From Candidatus Krumholzibacteriia bacterium (GTDB lineage: Bacteria; Krumholzibacteriota; Krumholzibacteriia; JAJRXK01), in the NCBI GenBank assembly GCA_041484665.1, contig JBGPIA010000008.1, forward strand, positions 32,001 through 96,000: 64,000 nucleotides of DNA, read 5' to 3'. Below the pieces are notes generated by a model that saw only the letters and a program-made list of their open reading frames with translations, made no database searches and had not been told where the DNA came from. This document shows positions 26,290 to 34,920 of this stretch, in pieces. The first letter of the stretch is position 1; each line of letters opens with the position of its first letter. A program made the position numbers and the translations under genes.

Positions 26290-26298
26290 TGCTAAGCT
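26290..26298 (+). promoter_or_regulatory. Extended -10 (TGcTAAGCT) 6 nt before the kynB ATG; candidate leaderless transcript
   Basis: TG at 26290-91, TAAGCT at 26293-98, ATG at 26305; no Shine-Dalgarno. Confidence 0.5.
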
Positions 26299-26304
26299 GA
26301 CCGC

Positions 26305-26931
26305 ATGGAACTCGGGCGACTCATCGACATCAGCCAACCCGTCTCGCCGTCCACGGGGGCGTGGCCCGGCGACACGCCGTTCTCGTACCGCTGGACGTGG
26401 AGCATGGATCGCGGCGACTCGTGCAACGTCTCGGCCGTGCAGGCCAGCCCGCACGTAGGCACCCACGCGGATGCGCCGCTGCATTTCGATCCGCAGGGAC
26501 CAGGAATCGGCGAGGTCGAACTGGAGCGCTACTGTGGCCCGTGCTGGGTGATGGATGGCCCCACCCAGGGGCTGGTGGGCCCGCGGGGTCTTGCAGGCTG
26601 CGACTTCGCGCGCACTCCGCGCGTGCTGCTGCGGACGCGCCCGCAGATCGATCAGGAGTTTCCGCGCGCGTTTGTCGCCCTCGCGCCCGACGCCGCGCGC
26701 TATCTAGTGGACCGCGGAGCCCTGCTCGTGGGGCTGGACACGCCGTCGATCGACCCGTTCGACAGCAAGGACCTCCCCAGCCACCACATCCTTGCAGCCG
26801 CCCGCATTGCGATCCTGGAGAATCTGGTGCTCGCCCACGTGCAGCCCGGCCCCTACGAGCTGATCGCCCTGCCGCTGCGCTGGATGGGGTTGGATGCCTC
26901 TCCGGTCCGCGCCGCCCTGCGCCCGCTCTGA
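26305..26931 (+). CDS. kynB: Kynurenine formamidase / cyclase family metal hydrolase
   Basis: WPGDTPF, HVGTHADAPLH, GLDTPSID, ILENL and DASPVRA motifs. Confidence 0.85.
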   Translation: MELGRLIDISQPVSPSTGAWPGDTPFSYRWTWSMDRGDSCNVSAVQASPHVGTHADAPLHFDPQGPGIGEVELERYCGPCWVMDGPTQGLVGPRGLAGCDFARTPRVLLRTRPQIDQEFPRAFVALAPDAARYLVDRGALLVGLDTPSIDPFDSKDLPSHHILAAARIAILENLVLAHVQPGPYELIALPLRWMGLDASPVRAALRPL

Positions 26932-27006
26932 GCGAGCTGCGCGGCGAGAACGAGCGCGTCGGCGGGTGCCGGCGGGCGCCCGCGGCCACGCCTCCCGCGC
27001 TCCCGC

Positions 27007-28074
27007 CTACACCTCGTCGAAGAAGTACGGCTTCAGCGCCTGGATCCGGTCCTCGTACTCGTCGGGATACAGCGCCCACTCCGTCGCTGCCACCGAAGAG
27101 AGGATGGCGTTGCCGTCCTGCGGCGTGAAGCAGAAGCCGACGATCTCGCGGCCGCCGTCGGTCAGCGCCAACGTCTCGGTCGGGATGACGGTCTGGTTCA
27201 TGATGCGGCCGTAGAACCCGTGGTCACGCCCAAAGCTGAAGATCGCGTTGGCCGTCATCTTGTAGGTGGTCGCGATCCGGTCGTTGGCGCGGATGCGCTC
27301 CACCAGCGACTCGAGCGTAGTGGGCTTCTTGACCCGGATGGTGAAGTGCAGCACGTGCATGAACTGCGTGTTGATCTTCATGGCCGACGAATAGAGGTTC
27401 AGCTCTAGCCCCAGCGTCTTGAACAGGTGGTAGGCATCGCGGGCGTGGTGGGTGCCGAAGCGGGGGTCCTTGTGCGTACCCACCTCCGGCGACGGGATGA
27501 ACTTGTCGTCCTGGCTGAGGTCGTTGCAGCGCCGCAGGCAGACGAAACGGCCCGACTCGAGGTTGTCCTTGCCCTCGCTGAGGCCCAGCGTGTTCACCAG
27601 CACCGCCAGGTTGTGGGTGTTGCAGCTGACCACCTGGACGAACCGGTCCTCGCCGTGGATCAGAGCGCGGTCGTTGATGCCGCGCGCGTACATCTTTCCG
27701 AATCCGAACTCGCTGCCCTGGGCGATGAACAGGTCCACGTTGGAGACGTAGTTGTTGTAGATCTCCTGCTTCATCGTGTTGCCCGCGGGCGTGCAGTCGA
27801 TGACCACCCGCACCTGCTCGAGGGCCTCGTCCAGGGTCGCCACCGGCTCCAGCCCGATGCGCTGGAAATCGGCGCGGCGCTCGGCGTCGCTGACGAAATG
27901 GGCGCCACGCTGGATGAGGTCGCGGACTTTGGAGCGGTCGGGAAGCAGCGGGGTCCGTTTGTGGAACATGACCTCATCCAGCCCGAGGTCCTTCTTGAAA
28001 TGCGCGAGCAGCCCGATCAGGGGTTCGCCAATCGTCCCGGTTCCGACGACCAGGACCTTCTTGTCGTGGCGCAT
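27007..28074 (-). CDS. Archaeal-type (class II) glyceraldehyde-3-phosphate dehydrogenase-like protein
   Basis: VVGTGTIG, IDCTP, AQGSE, VVSCNTH, LRR, GTHH and QDGNAI motifs. Confidence 0.8.
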   Translation of the reverse strand: MRHDKKVLVVGTGTIGEPLIGLLAHFKKDLGLDEVMFHKRTPLLPDRSKVRDLIQRGAHFVSDAERRADFQRIGLEPVATLDEALEQVRVVIDCTPAGNTMKQEIYNNYVSNVDLFIAQGSEFGFGKMYARGINDRALIHGEDRFVQVVSCNTHNLAVLVNTLGLSEGKDNLESGRFVCLRRCNDLSQDDKFIPSPEVGTHKDPRFGTHHARDAYHLFKTLGLELNLYSSAMKINTQFMHVLHFTIRVKKPTTLESLVERIRANDRIATTYKMTANAIFSFGRDHGFYGRIMNQTVIPTETLALTDGGREIVGFCFTPQDGNAILSSVAATEWALYPDEYEDRIQALKPYFFDEV

Positions 28075-28134
28075 GTCTCCGCTCCTTGCCGACGTGGATC
28101 CGCGGCCCCCCAGAGGGCCGGTCTACACATCACG

Positions 28135-28143
28135 AATATACCA
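28135..28143 (-). promoter_or_regulatory. Extended -10 TGgTATATT upstream of the GAPDH-like gene
   Basis: Plus strand reads aatatacca at 28135-28143, about 60 nt upstream of the start codon. Confidence 0.45.
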
Positions 28144-28300
28144 TAGGCCCCCGGATTGCATCGCCGTGCTACCGCAAGGCCGGGCTCAAGGCCGGCCGCC
28201 CGGCGGCCGATCACTGGAGCGGGCCGGAGTGCGCCGAAGCAACGGGCTACCGCCGACCGCGGGCGGCCGTCCCCCGGAGCCACCATCCCCCGGAGGTGCC

Positions 28301-29296
28301 ATGGGAACCAACCGTCTGCTGCGCCTCAACGAGCTGGTGGACGAGGTCTCGACCCTGCCGGCCGTCGCCGCCCAGGTGATCTCCCGCGCCAGCGATCCCG
28401 AGATCGAGCTTTCCGAGCTCGCCGAGATCATCGAGAAGGACACCGCGCTCACCCTGCGCTTCCTCGCCCTCGCCAACAGCGCGGCGATGGCCCGCGGCCA
28501 CGAGGTGACGGAGCTGCGGCCGGCCCTCGTGCGCCTGGGCCTGGACCGCGTCCGGACGATCTCGCTGTGCGTCACGCTGCACGACGTCTTCCCGTCGCGG
28601 CCGGCCGTGAGCGACCCCGATTTCGACCGCGTGGCCTTCTGGAAGAACATCCTGGGCGTGGCCACCAGCGCCCAGATCCTCGCGCAGCACACCGCCAAGG
28701 GGGCCGAGCAGGAGTCCTACCTGGCCGGGATCCTCCACGACGTGGGCAAGTCCGTCCTCGACCAGAAGGAGCACGTGCAGTTCACGAGGGCGGTGCGTCT
28801 GGCGCGCGACAAGCAGATCCCGCTGCCGGCGGCCGAGGAGATGACTTTCGGCTTCAATCACGCGGAGCTGGGGGCGCGCATCCTCAGCGAGTGGAACCTC
28901 CCCGAGCTGCTCGTGCAGGTGGTCCGCTACCACCTCGAGCCTGGCCGGGAGCAAGGGGTGCTGCCCGAGGCGCGGCGCGTGATCGGGCTGCTCAACGACG
29001 CCGTCCAGATCTGCCGCTCCATCCACCTCGGCGACGACGGGGAAAGCGATCTGCCGCTGACCTTCAACCAGCTCCTGCAAACGCTGCGCATCAACAGCCG
29101 CCAGCTCGAGCAGCTGGTCGTCAAGGTGCAGTCGGAGGTCGAGCAGACGGCGAACCTGCTGGAGCTGGAGGTCACCGAGCCCGCGCAGTACCTGCGCGCG
29201 CTGCAGGTGGCCAACCGCGAGCTCAGCCGTATCGGGCTGGAAGGGCTGATGCAGGAGCTTATGCAGTGCCCCGAGGGCGAAGTGTTCGTGCCCTGA
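28301..29296 (+). CDS. HDOD domain protein
   Basis: GGAGG RBS; TLPAVA, DTALT..LANSA, FW, AGILHDVGK and GFNHAELGA..W.LP motifs. Confidence 0.92.
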   Translation: MGTNRLLRLNELVDEVSTLPAVAAQVISRASDPEIELSELAEIIEKDTALTLRFLALANSAAMARGHEVTELRPALVRLGLDRVRTISLCVTLHDVFPSRPAVSDPDFDRVAFWKNILGVATSAQILAQHTAKGAEQESYLAGILHDVGKSVLDQKEHVQFTRAVRLARDKQIPLPAAEEMTFGFNHAELGARILSEWNLPELLVQVVRYHLEPGREQGVLPEARRVIGLLNDAVQICRSIHLGDDGESDLPLTFNQLLQTLRINSRQLEQLVVKVQSEVEQTANLLELEVTEPAQYLRALQVANRELSRIGLEGLMQELMQCPEGEVFVP

Positions 29297-29381
29297 CCGC
29301 CCGGGACACCAGCTACGACAGCCCTACGCCCTCGCTGACGTCCGCCATAGCCCTGCGGCTTTGCCGCCGTCCACGACGCCG

Positions 29382-30020
29382 CTACGCCGGCGTCGCCACC
29401 CACCGATCGAGCTCCCGCTCTAGCGCTGTCACGTCGGCGACCCAGTTGAGGTGCGCAATGAACCCGTCGCCCACCTCGGGCAGCTCCTGGATGGCCTCAG
29501 CGAGCGGGCGCCAGGGATGCTCGAACACCCAGATCGGCCCGCGCACCTGACCGATCGTCGCCAGGCACCAGGCGGTCGTGAGCTCGGACAGCGTTCCCAA
29601 CCCGCCGGGGAGCGCCACGAAGGCATCCCCGTGGCGCACCATCGAGCGCATGCGGGCAAGGTAGTCGGGCTCCACGCGGTGCTCGCTCAAGAACGAGTTG
29701 GGCTCGCGGTCGCCGAAGATCGAGGTGGTGATTCCGACCACCGCCCCCCCGGCCGACGAGGCGCCCCGGCTGGCTGCACCCATCGCGCCCTCGTAACCGC
29801 CCGAGACCAGCCCCAGGCAGCGCTCCGCCACCGCGCGGCCGACGGCGTAGGCCAGGCGGTAGTCCTCGCTGTCGGGCGTGATCCGGGAGCTGCCGAACAC
29901 CACGACGTTGCGCCGCTCCACGCGATGTTCCGCGCGCCCTTCGCCGCGCCCTTCCCCACCGCGTTCCGCCCGCCCTTCCGCGCTGCGCTCCACGTGCCGC
30001 TGCGCGCCCCGTTCTGCCAT
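29382..30020 (-). CDS. LOG/SLOG family nucleotide-binding protein
   Basis: VVFGSS, SGGYEGAMGA and ALPGGLGTLSE motifs. Confidence 0.9.
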   Translation of the reverse strand: MAERGAQRHVERSAEGRAERGGEGRGEGRAEHRVERRNVVVFGSSRITPDSEDYRLAYAVGRAVAERCLGLVSGGYEGAMGAASRGASSAGGAVVGITTSIFGDREPNSFLSEHRVEPDYLARMRSMVRHGDAFVALPGGLGTLSELTTAWCLATIGQVRGPIWVFEHPWRPLAEAIQELPEVGDGFIAHLNWVADVTALERELDRWVATPA

Positions 30021-30146
30021 GTCCGGCCTTTCTGCGCGGGCGGCTCCCGGTCAGGGGCCGCCTGGCGCGACCTGTGCTATCGTGGGCCGCGGAGGCGCCG
30101 GGTGTGGGCCCGCCCCTCCTCCCCAACGCCCCGACCCTGCGAGCAG

Positions 30147-30962
30147 ATGTCACCCATGCGGCGATCGCGCGTCTGGAAAACCGGCACAGGATACGGCCTC
30201 AGCCCCGGTCTGCCCATGACCCCCGTGGTCAAGGCGCTGCTGATCGCGAACGTCGGGATCTATGTCATCGGCCTCCTGGCCCACTGGGGCGCCGAGGTGA
30301 GCTTCGGCCTGGTGCCCGCCGAGGTGTGGGGCCACCTGCAGCTGTGGCGGTTCGTGACCTACATGTTCCTGCACGGTGGCACGCTCCACCTGCTGTTCAA
30401 CATGCTCACGCTGTGGATGTTCGGGACCGCCGTCGAGGCGGCGTGGGGCAGCGGCGCCTTCCTGCGGTACTACCTGCTGTGCGGCGTGGGCGGCGCGATC
30501 ACCACCTGCGTCGCGTCGCCCCACAGCCCGCTCATCACCATCGGCGCGAGCGGCGCGGTGCTGGGCATCCTGCTGGCGTATGGAATGACCTTTCCAGACC
30601 GCGAGGTGCTCTTCTACATGGTCTTCCCGCTGAAGGCCAAGTATCTGGTGGCGATCTTCGTGGCCATCGACCTGATCGGCGTGCTATCCCAGGCGCAGGA
30701 TGGCATCGCCCACTTCGCCCACGTGGGGGGCATGCTGTTCGGCTTCGTCTACCTGAAGCTGGATTGGCGCCCCGCGGCCATGACGCGCAAGCTGCGCGCG
30801 ACGCGTGCCCGCTGGACCCTGGGCCGGAACATCCGCCGGCACGAGGAGCTGCAGCGGCACGTGCGGACCGTCGACGAGATCCTGGACAAGATCTCGTCGC
30901 AGGGAATCCAGAGCCTCACCGAGCAGGAGCGCAAGATTCTCCGTGAAGCCAGCCGCCACTAG
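30147..30962 (+). CDS. Rhomboid family intramembrane serine protease with a short soluble C-terminal domain
   Basis: WRFVTYMFLH, HLLFNM, GASG and AHFAHVGG motifs; VDEILDKIS..GI.SLT tail; start 30147 or 30156. Confidence 0.93.
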   Translation: MSPMRRSRVWKTGTGYGLSPGLPMTPVVKALLIANVGIYVIGLLAHWGAEVSFGLVPAEVWGHLQLWRFVTYMFLHGGTLHLLFNMLTLWMFGTAVEAAWGSGAFLRYYLLCGVGGAITTCVASPHSPLITIGASGAVLGILLAYGMTFPDREVLFYMVFPLKAKYLVAIFVAIDLIGVLSQAQDGIAHFAHVGGMLFGFVYLKLDWRPAAMTRKLRATRARWTLGRNIRRHEELQRHVRTVDEILDKISSQGIQSLTEQERKILREASRH

Positions 30963-31737
30963 CCGACCGGCACCGCCCGCGGCCGATCCCTTTCCACCGC
31001 ACGTGCAGGTCCTGCGCGAGCGCCGGCGGACGATCGAGATCTCGTTGCATCAGGGGCAGATGGTCGTGCACGTGCCGCGCCGTCTGTCGCGCGCCGAGCT
31101 GGAGCGCACGCTGCCGGCGCTGCGGGAGCGCCTGTGGCGACAGCTGCGTCGACGTAGCGTGTTCGACAACGACGCGCTGCAAGCCCGCGCCACCCGCGTC
31201 GCGCACACCGTCCTGGGTGACGTGCACCTGCCTCGGTTCACGGCGCGTTTCAGCCGCCGCCAGCACAAGCGGTGGGGGAGCTGCACGGTGGGCCGCGGCG
31301 GGGATGGCCGTCCCTTGGGCAGCATCCTGATCAGCGCGCGGCTGATCGGGCACCCGGTCTGGGTGCTGGACCACCTGCTGCTGCACGAGCTGGCCCACCT
31401 CCTGGTCAGCGACCACGGCGCGCGTTTCCAGCAGCTGATGCGCCGCTCGCCGCGCGCCGAGCGCGCGGAGGGTTATCTGGAGGCGCTGGAGAACACCGAG
31501 CAGATGGGCGCCCGCTTCGCGGCGTGCGGCACCGACGCCGATGACGCTGACGACGACGACGCGGCGCAGGCGGACGCCGGTGCGGCGCAGGCGGAGGGGC
31601 GGCCGCAGACGCCTTCCGCGGCGCAGGCGCGCCCGCGCTCCACGACGAGCCCACGGAAACGGCCCAGGGTCGCCCCCGGGCCGCTGCCGTTGTTCGCTTC
31701 CCTCGCCGAGGTCGACGCCGTCGATCCGTCGGCCTAG
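30943..31737 (+). CDS. YgjP/M48-like (DUF45) zinc metallohydrolase
   Basis: RWGSC, LLHELAHL and HGARF motifs; GTG start 30943. Confidence 0.82.
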   Translation: MKPAATSRPAPPAADPFPPHVQVLRERRRTIEISLHQGQMVVHVPRRLSRAELERTLPALRERLWRQLRRRSVFDNDALQARATRVAHTVLGDVHLPRFTARFSRRQHKRWGSCTVGRGGDGRPLGSILISARLIGHPVWVLDHLLLHELAHLLVSDHGARFQQLMRRSPRAERAEGYLEALENTEQMGARFAACGTDADDADDDDAAQADAGAAQAEGRPQTPSAAQARPRSTTSPRKRPRVAPGPLPLFASLAEVDAVDPSA

Positions 31738-31815
31738 GGGCCGGGTCGTCGATCCGCGGCCCACGAGCCCGCGCGCCGGGTGCACGGCCTGGCCGCGGAC
31801 CGCCGATCCGCCGGC

Positions 31816-34800
31816 CTACGGAGTGTCATCTGGAGACGGCGTCTTGACCGCGGGGCCCCCCTCGGCCCCACCGCCGGCAGCCGGGGGTCGCGGCAGGCGC
31901 GCGGCACGGCGGCGGCGGCGGCGGTGGCGCGACCGCGCCAGGTCGCCCCCAGGCTCGTCCCCGATGGCGCCTTCGAGCGCCGGCTCGAACACCGGCGCCT
32001 CCTCGACCGAGCCTGGCTCGAGGCTCCAGTTCGCCGGCGGCCCCTGATCGGCGGACGGCCGGACGTCGGCAGGCCTGGCCTCGGCCGGCCTGAAGTCTGA
32101 CACCCGGACGTCCGGCGGCCTACCAGCGGCTGCCCTGGGATCGAAAGCCCTGTCGTCGGATCGGCCGTCCGACGGTCTGGAGTCGGTCCTTGAGTCCGAT
32201 GGCTTGGACTCGTCCGCCGGGCGCCCGGACTCGGCCCTGCGCCCGCCCTTGCCGCGCGCGTCGCTGCGTGCGTCGCCGCGCACCGGCCTGGATTCCTCCT
32301 CGCGCACAGGCGCACCCTCCTCGCGCACAGGCGCGCCCTCCTCGCTCCGGCGGGCCGCCGCGAATCGTGACCGGCGCCGGCGCCGCGACCGTCCAGACAG
32401 CCCTGCGTCGGGTTCCCGCAGCACTGCTCCCGCGATGTCGCCGACCTCCTCGTCCCCACCCGTTTCCGGGCCCGTCCTCACACGGAAGTCGTCGTCCAAA
32501 TCTGCGCCCGGCGCATCGAAGGGCAGCTCCGCCGGGCGGGCGCGCTCGAGCGGTGATCCCGTCGAACGCTCGCCCCCGATGGATTCGCCCTCAGCCTCCG
32601 GGCGCCCGGTCTCCGGCCCCCCCGGACGCTCCTCACTGCGGCGGCGTCCACGCCTGCCACGGCGTCCACGCGGGCGATCCTCGGCCGTCTCTGGCCGCGG
32701 GGCGCCGGTGTCGCGCGCATCCACCCGATCGTCACGATCGTCTCCGGCGGCAGCGCGCCGGGCGCGATCGCGACGTCCTTCCAGCTCGGGAGGCGTCGCG
32801 GCCTCGTCGGACCGGGCACCTGGTACCCGCCCGGAGCGAACGTCGCGCCCCGCGCGCTCGGTGCCGCGGTCCCGCCCGCGGTCGCGACCGCGACCACGGT
32901 CCCGGCTGACGTCACGATCGCGGCTGACGTCGCGAGTCGCGTCGCGGTCGCGGCTGACGTCGCGAGTCGCATCGCGGCTGACGTCGCGGGTGGCGTCGCG
33001 GGTCGCATCGCGGCTGGCGTCGCGGTCAGGGGTCACATCGCGGTTCGTGTCGCGGTCACGGGTCACATCACGGGTAGTGTCGCGCGTGGCGTCCCGATCG
33101 CGGTCACGACCCCGGCCACGCTCACGTCCGCGCCCGCCCTCCGCCGAGGCTTGCGCCGAGCGTCCCCGCCCGCGCGCGCCCCCCCGCTCCGCCATCCGCC
33201 CGCCACCGCGCTCGCCGTCGGCGCGCTCGCCGCGCTCCCGGCGCTCACCGCGCTCGGCACGGTCGCCGGGCTCGGCGTGCTCGCCGCGCTCGCGGCGATC
33301 GCTCCGGCGGTCGTCGCGCGGTCCGCGCCGCAGCTCGCCGACGTGGCGGCGGCGCGTCTCGAACGCGCCAGCCGGAACCCCGTCGAGCTCGGTGGTGAGG
33401 TCCTTGCGCCGGACCAGCGACACGATCTTGAAATCCTCGCGGTGGATCCGCGGGTCATCAAGGATATCAAGCTTCATGTCGTAGCGGGTGGCGATCTGCG
33501 CGATGCCCTCGTGGCGCTCGTTGAGCAGATGGATGGCCAGGCTTGGATTGGCTTGGACCTGCAGCGTCCGCTCCGCGGTGGTGGCACCCGCCTTGATGAG
33601 CAAGCGCTCCACTTTGTTCGCCAGTGTGTCCAGCGAGAGCACCTGTCCGGTCCCCTGGCAGAACGGGCAGTCGTCGGAGAGGAGAGTCTGCAGGCTTTCG
33701 CGCACACGCTGGCGGCTCATCTCCACCAGCCCCAGCTCGCTCACGGCGAACGTCTTGGTGCGGCTGCGGTCGAGTCTGAGATGGGTGCGCAGCTCGTTGA
33801 GCACCTTGCGCCGGTCGTTCTCGTTCTCCATGTCGATGAAATCGATCACGATGATGCCGCCGATGTCGCGCAAGCGCAGCTGGCGGGGGATCTCCCGGGC
33901 GGCCATCATGTTCGTCTGGAGGATCGTCTCCTCCTGGTTCTTCTTGCCGGTGTAGCGGCCGGTGTTCACGTCGATGGCGACCAGGGCCTCGGCCTCGTCG
34001 ATGACGATGTAGCCGCCCTTCTTCATCCAGACCTTCCGCTCCAGGCTGCGCTTGAGCTCGGCCTCGATGCCGAACTTGTCGAAGATGGGTGAGTCGCCGG
34101 CGTAGTAGTGGATGCGATCTTTGAGCTCCGGGGCAAAGGTCTTCACGTACTCGACCAGGCGCTGGTGGTCCTCCTTGTTGTCGATGTGCAGCGCCGTGAC
34201 GTCGTCGGTGAAGATGTCGCGCACCATTCCCACCATCAGACCGACGTCCTCGTGGACCAGGGCAGGAGCCTTGGCCGGGGTGGCCCGCTCCTTGAGCTGA
34301 TCCCACAGGTTGCGCAAGTACTCCATGTCGTTGCGCAGAAGCTTTTCGCTGATCCCCTCGCCGGCGGTCCGCACGATGTAGGCGCCTTCGGCCGGACGCA
34401 GGCTGGCGAGCAGCTCCTTGAGCCGCCCCCGCTCCGTGCGATCCTCGATCTTGCGGCTGACGCCCACGTGGTCGCCCATGGGCATCAGCACCAGGAACCG
34501 CCCGGGCAGGCTGATGTCCGCCGTGAGACGGGGCCCTTTGGTGCCGATGGCTTCCTTGGTGGCCTGGACGAGGATGGTGTCCCCTTCCCTGATCATGCTC
34601 TCGATTGGGCGCAGGCCCTCACGCGGGCGGCCGCGCCCGCGGCGGCCACGGCCCGCTTCCTCGTCGTCATCGGGCGAGTCGTGGACCAGGTCGCTGACGT
34701 GGAGGAAGCCGGCCTTGTCGACCCCGATATCGATGAAGGCGGCCTGCAGCCCGGGACGGACTGCGGTCACCACACCTTTGTAGACGTTGCCCACCATGCG

Positions 34801-34908
34801 CCGCGAATCGGCGCGCTCCATGGAGAACTCCACGAGGTCGTGATCCTCCAGGATCCCGACGCGGATCTCGTTGGGGGTGGAGTTGACGATGATTTCCTTT
34901 TGCATCAT
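31816..34908 (-). CDS. rne: Ribonuclease E/G with about 520-aa disordered C-terminal region
   Basis: GNVYKG, AAFIDIG, KGPRLT, IDVNTG, LRDIGGIIVIDFIDM and CPFCQG motifs. Confidence 0.93.
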   Translation of the reverse strand: MMQKEIIVNSTPNEIRVGILEDHDLVEFSMERADSRRMVGNVYKGVVTAVRPGLQAAFIDIGVDKAGFLHVSDLVHDSPDDDEEAGRGRRGRGRPREGLRPIESMIREGDTILVQATKEAIGTKGPRLTADISLPGRFLVLMPMGDHVGVSRKIEDRTERGRLKELLASLRPAEGAYIVRTAGEGISEKLLRNDMEYLRNLWDQLKERATPAKAPALVHEDVGLMVGMVRDIFTDDVTALHIDNKEDHQRLVEYVKTFAPELKDRIHYYAGDSPIFDKFGIEAELKRSLERKVWMKKGGYIVIDEAEALVAIDVNTGRYTGKKNQEETILQTNMMAAREIPRQLRLRDIGGIIVIDFIDMENENDRRKVLNELRTHLRLDRSRTKTFAVSELGLVEMSRQRVRESLQTLLSDDCPFCQGTGQVLSLDTLANKVERLLIKAGATTAERTLQVQANPSLAIHLLNERHEGIAQIATRYDMKLDILDDPRIHREDFKIVSLVRRKDLTTELDGVPAGAFETRRRHVGELRRGPRDDRRSDRRERGEHAEPGDRAERGERRERGERADGERGGGRMAERGGARGRGRSAQASAEGGRGRERGRGRDRDRDATRDTTRDVTRDRDTNRDVTPDRDASRDATRDATRDVSRDATRDVSRDRDATRDVSRDRDVSRDRGRGRDRGRDRGTERAGRDVRSGRVPGARSDEAATPPELEGRRDRARRAAAGDDRDDRVDARDTGAPRPETAEDRPRGRRGRRGRRRSEERPGGPETGRPEAEGESIGGERSTGSPLERARPAELPFDAPGADLDDDFRVRTGPETGGDEEVGDIAGAVLREPDAGLSGRSRRRRRSRFAAARRSEEGAPVREEGAPVREEESRPVRGDARSDARGKGGRRAESGRPADESKPSDSRTDSRPSDGRSDDRAFDPRAAAGRPPDVRVSDFRPAEARPADVRPSADQGPPANWSLEPGSVEEAPVFEPALEGAIGDEPGGDLARSRHRRRRRRAARLPRPPAAGGGAEGGPAVKTPSPDDTP
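32880..33110 (-). repeat. In-frame RDAT/RDVS/RDRD tetrapeptide repeats in the RNase E tail
   Basis: RDRDRDATRDTTRDVTRDRDTNRDVTPDRDASRDATRDATRDVSRD... Confidence 0.85.
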
Positions 34909-34920
34909 GCCTCGGCGCGT

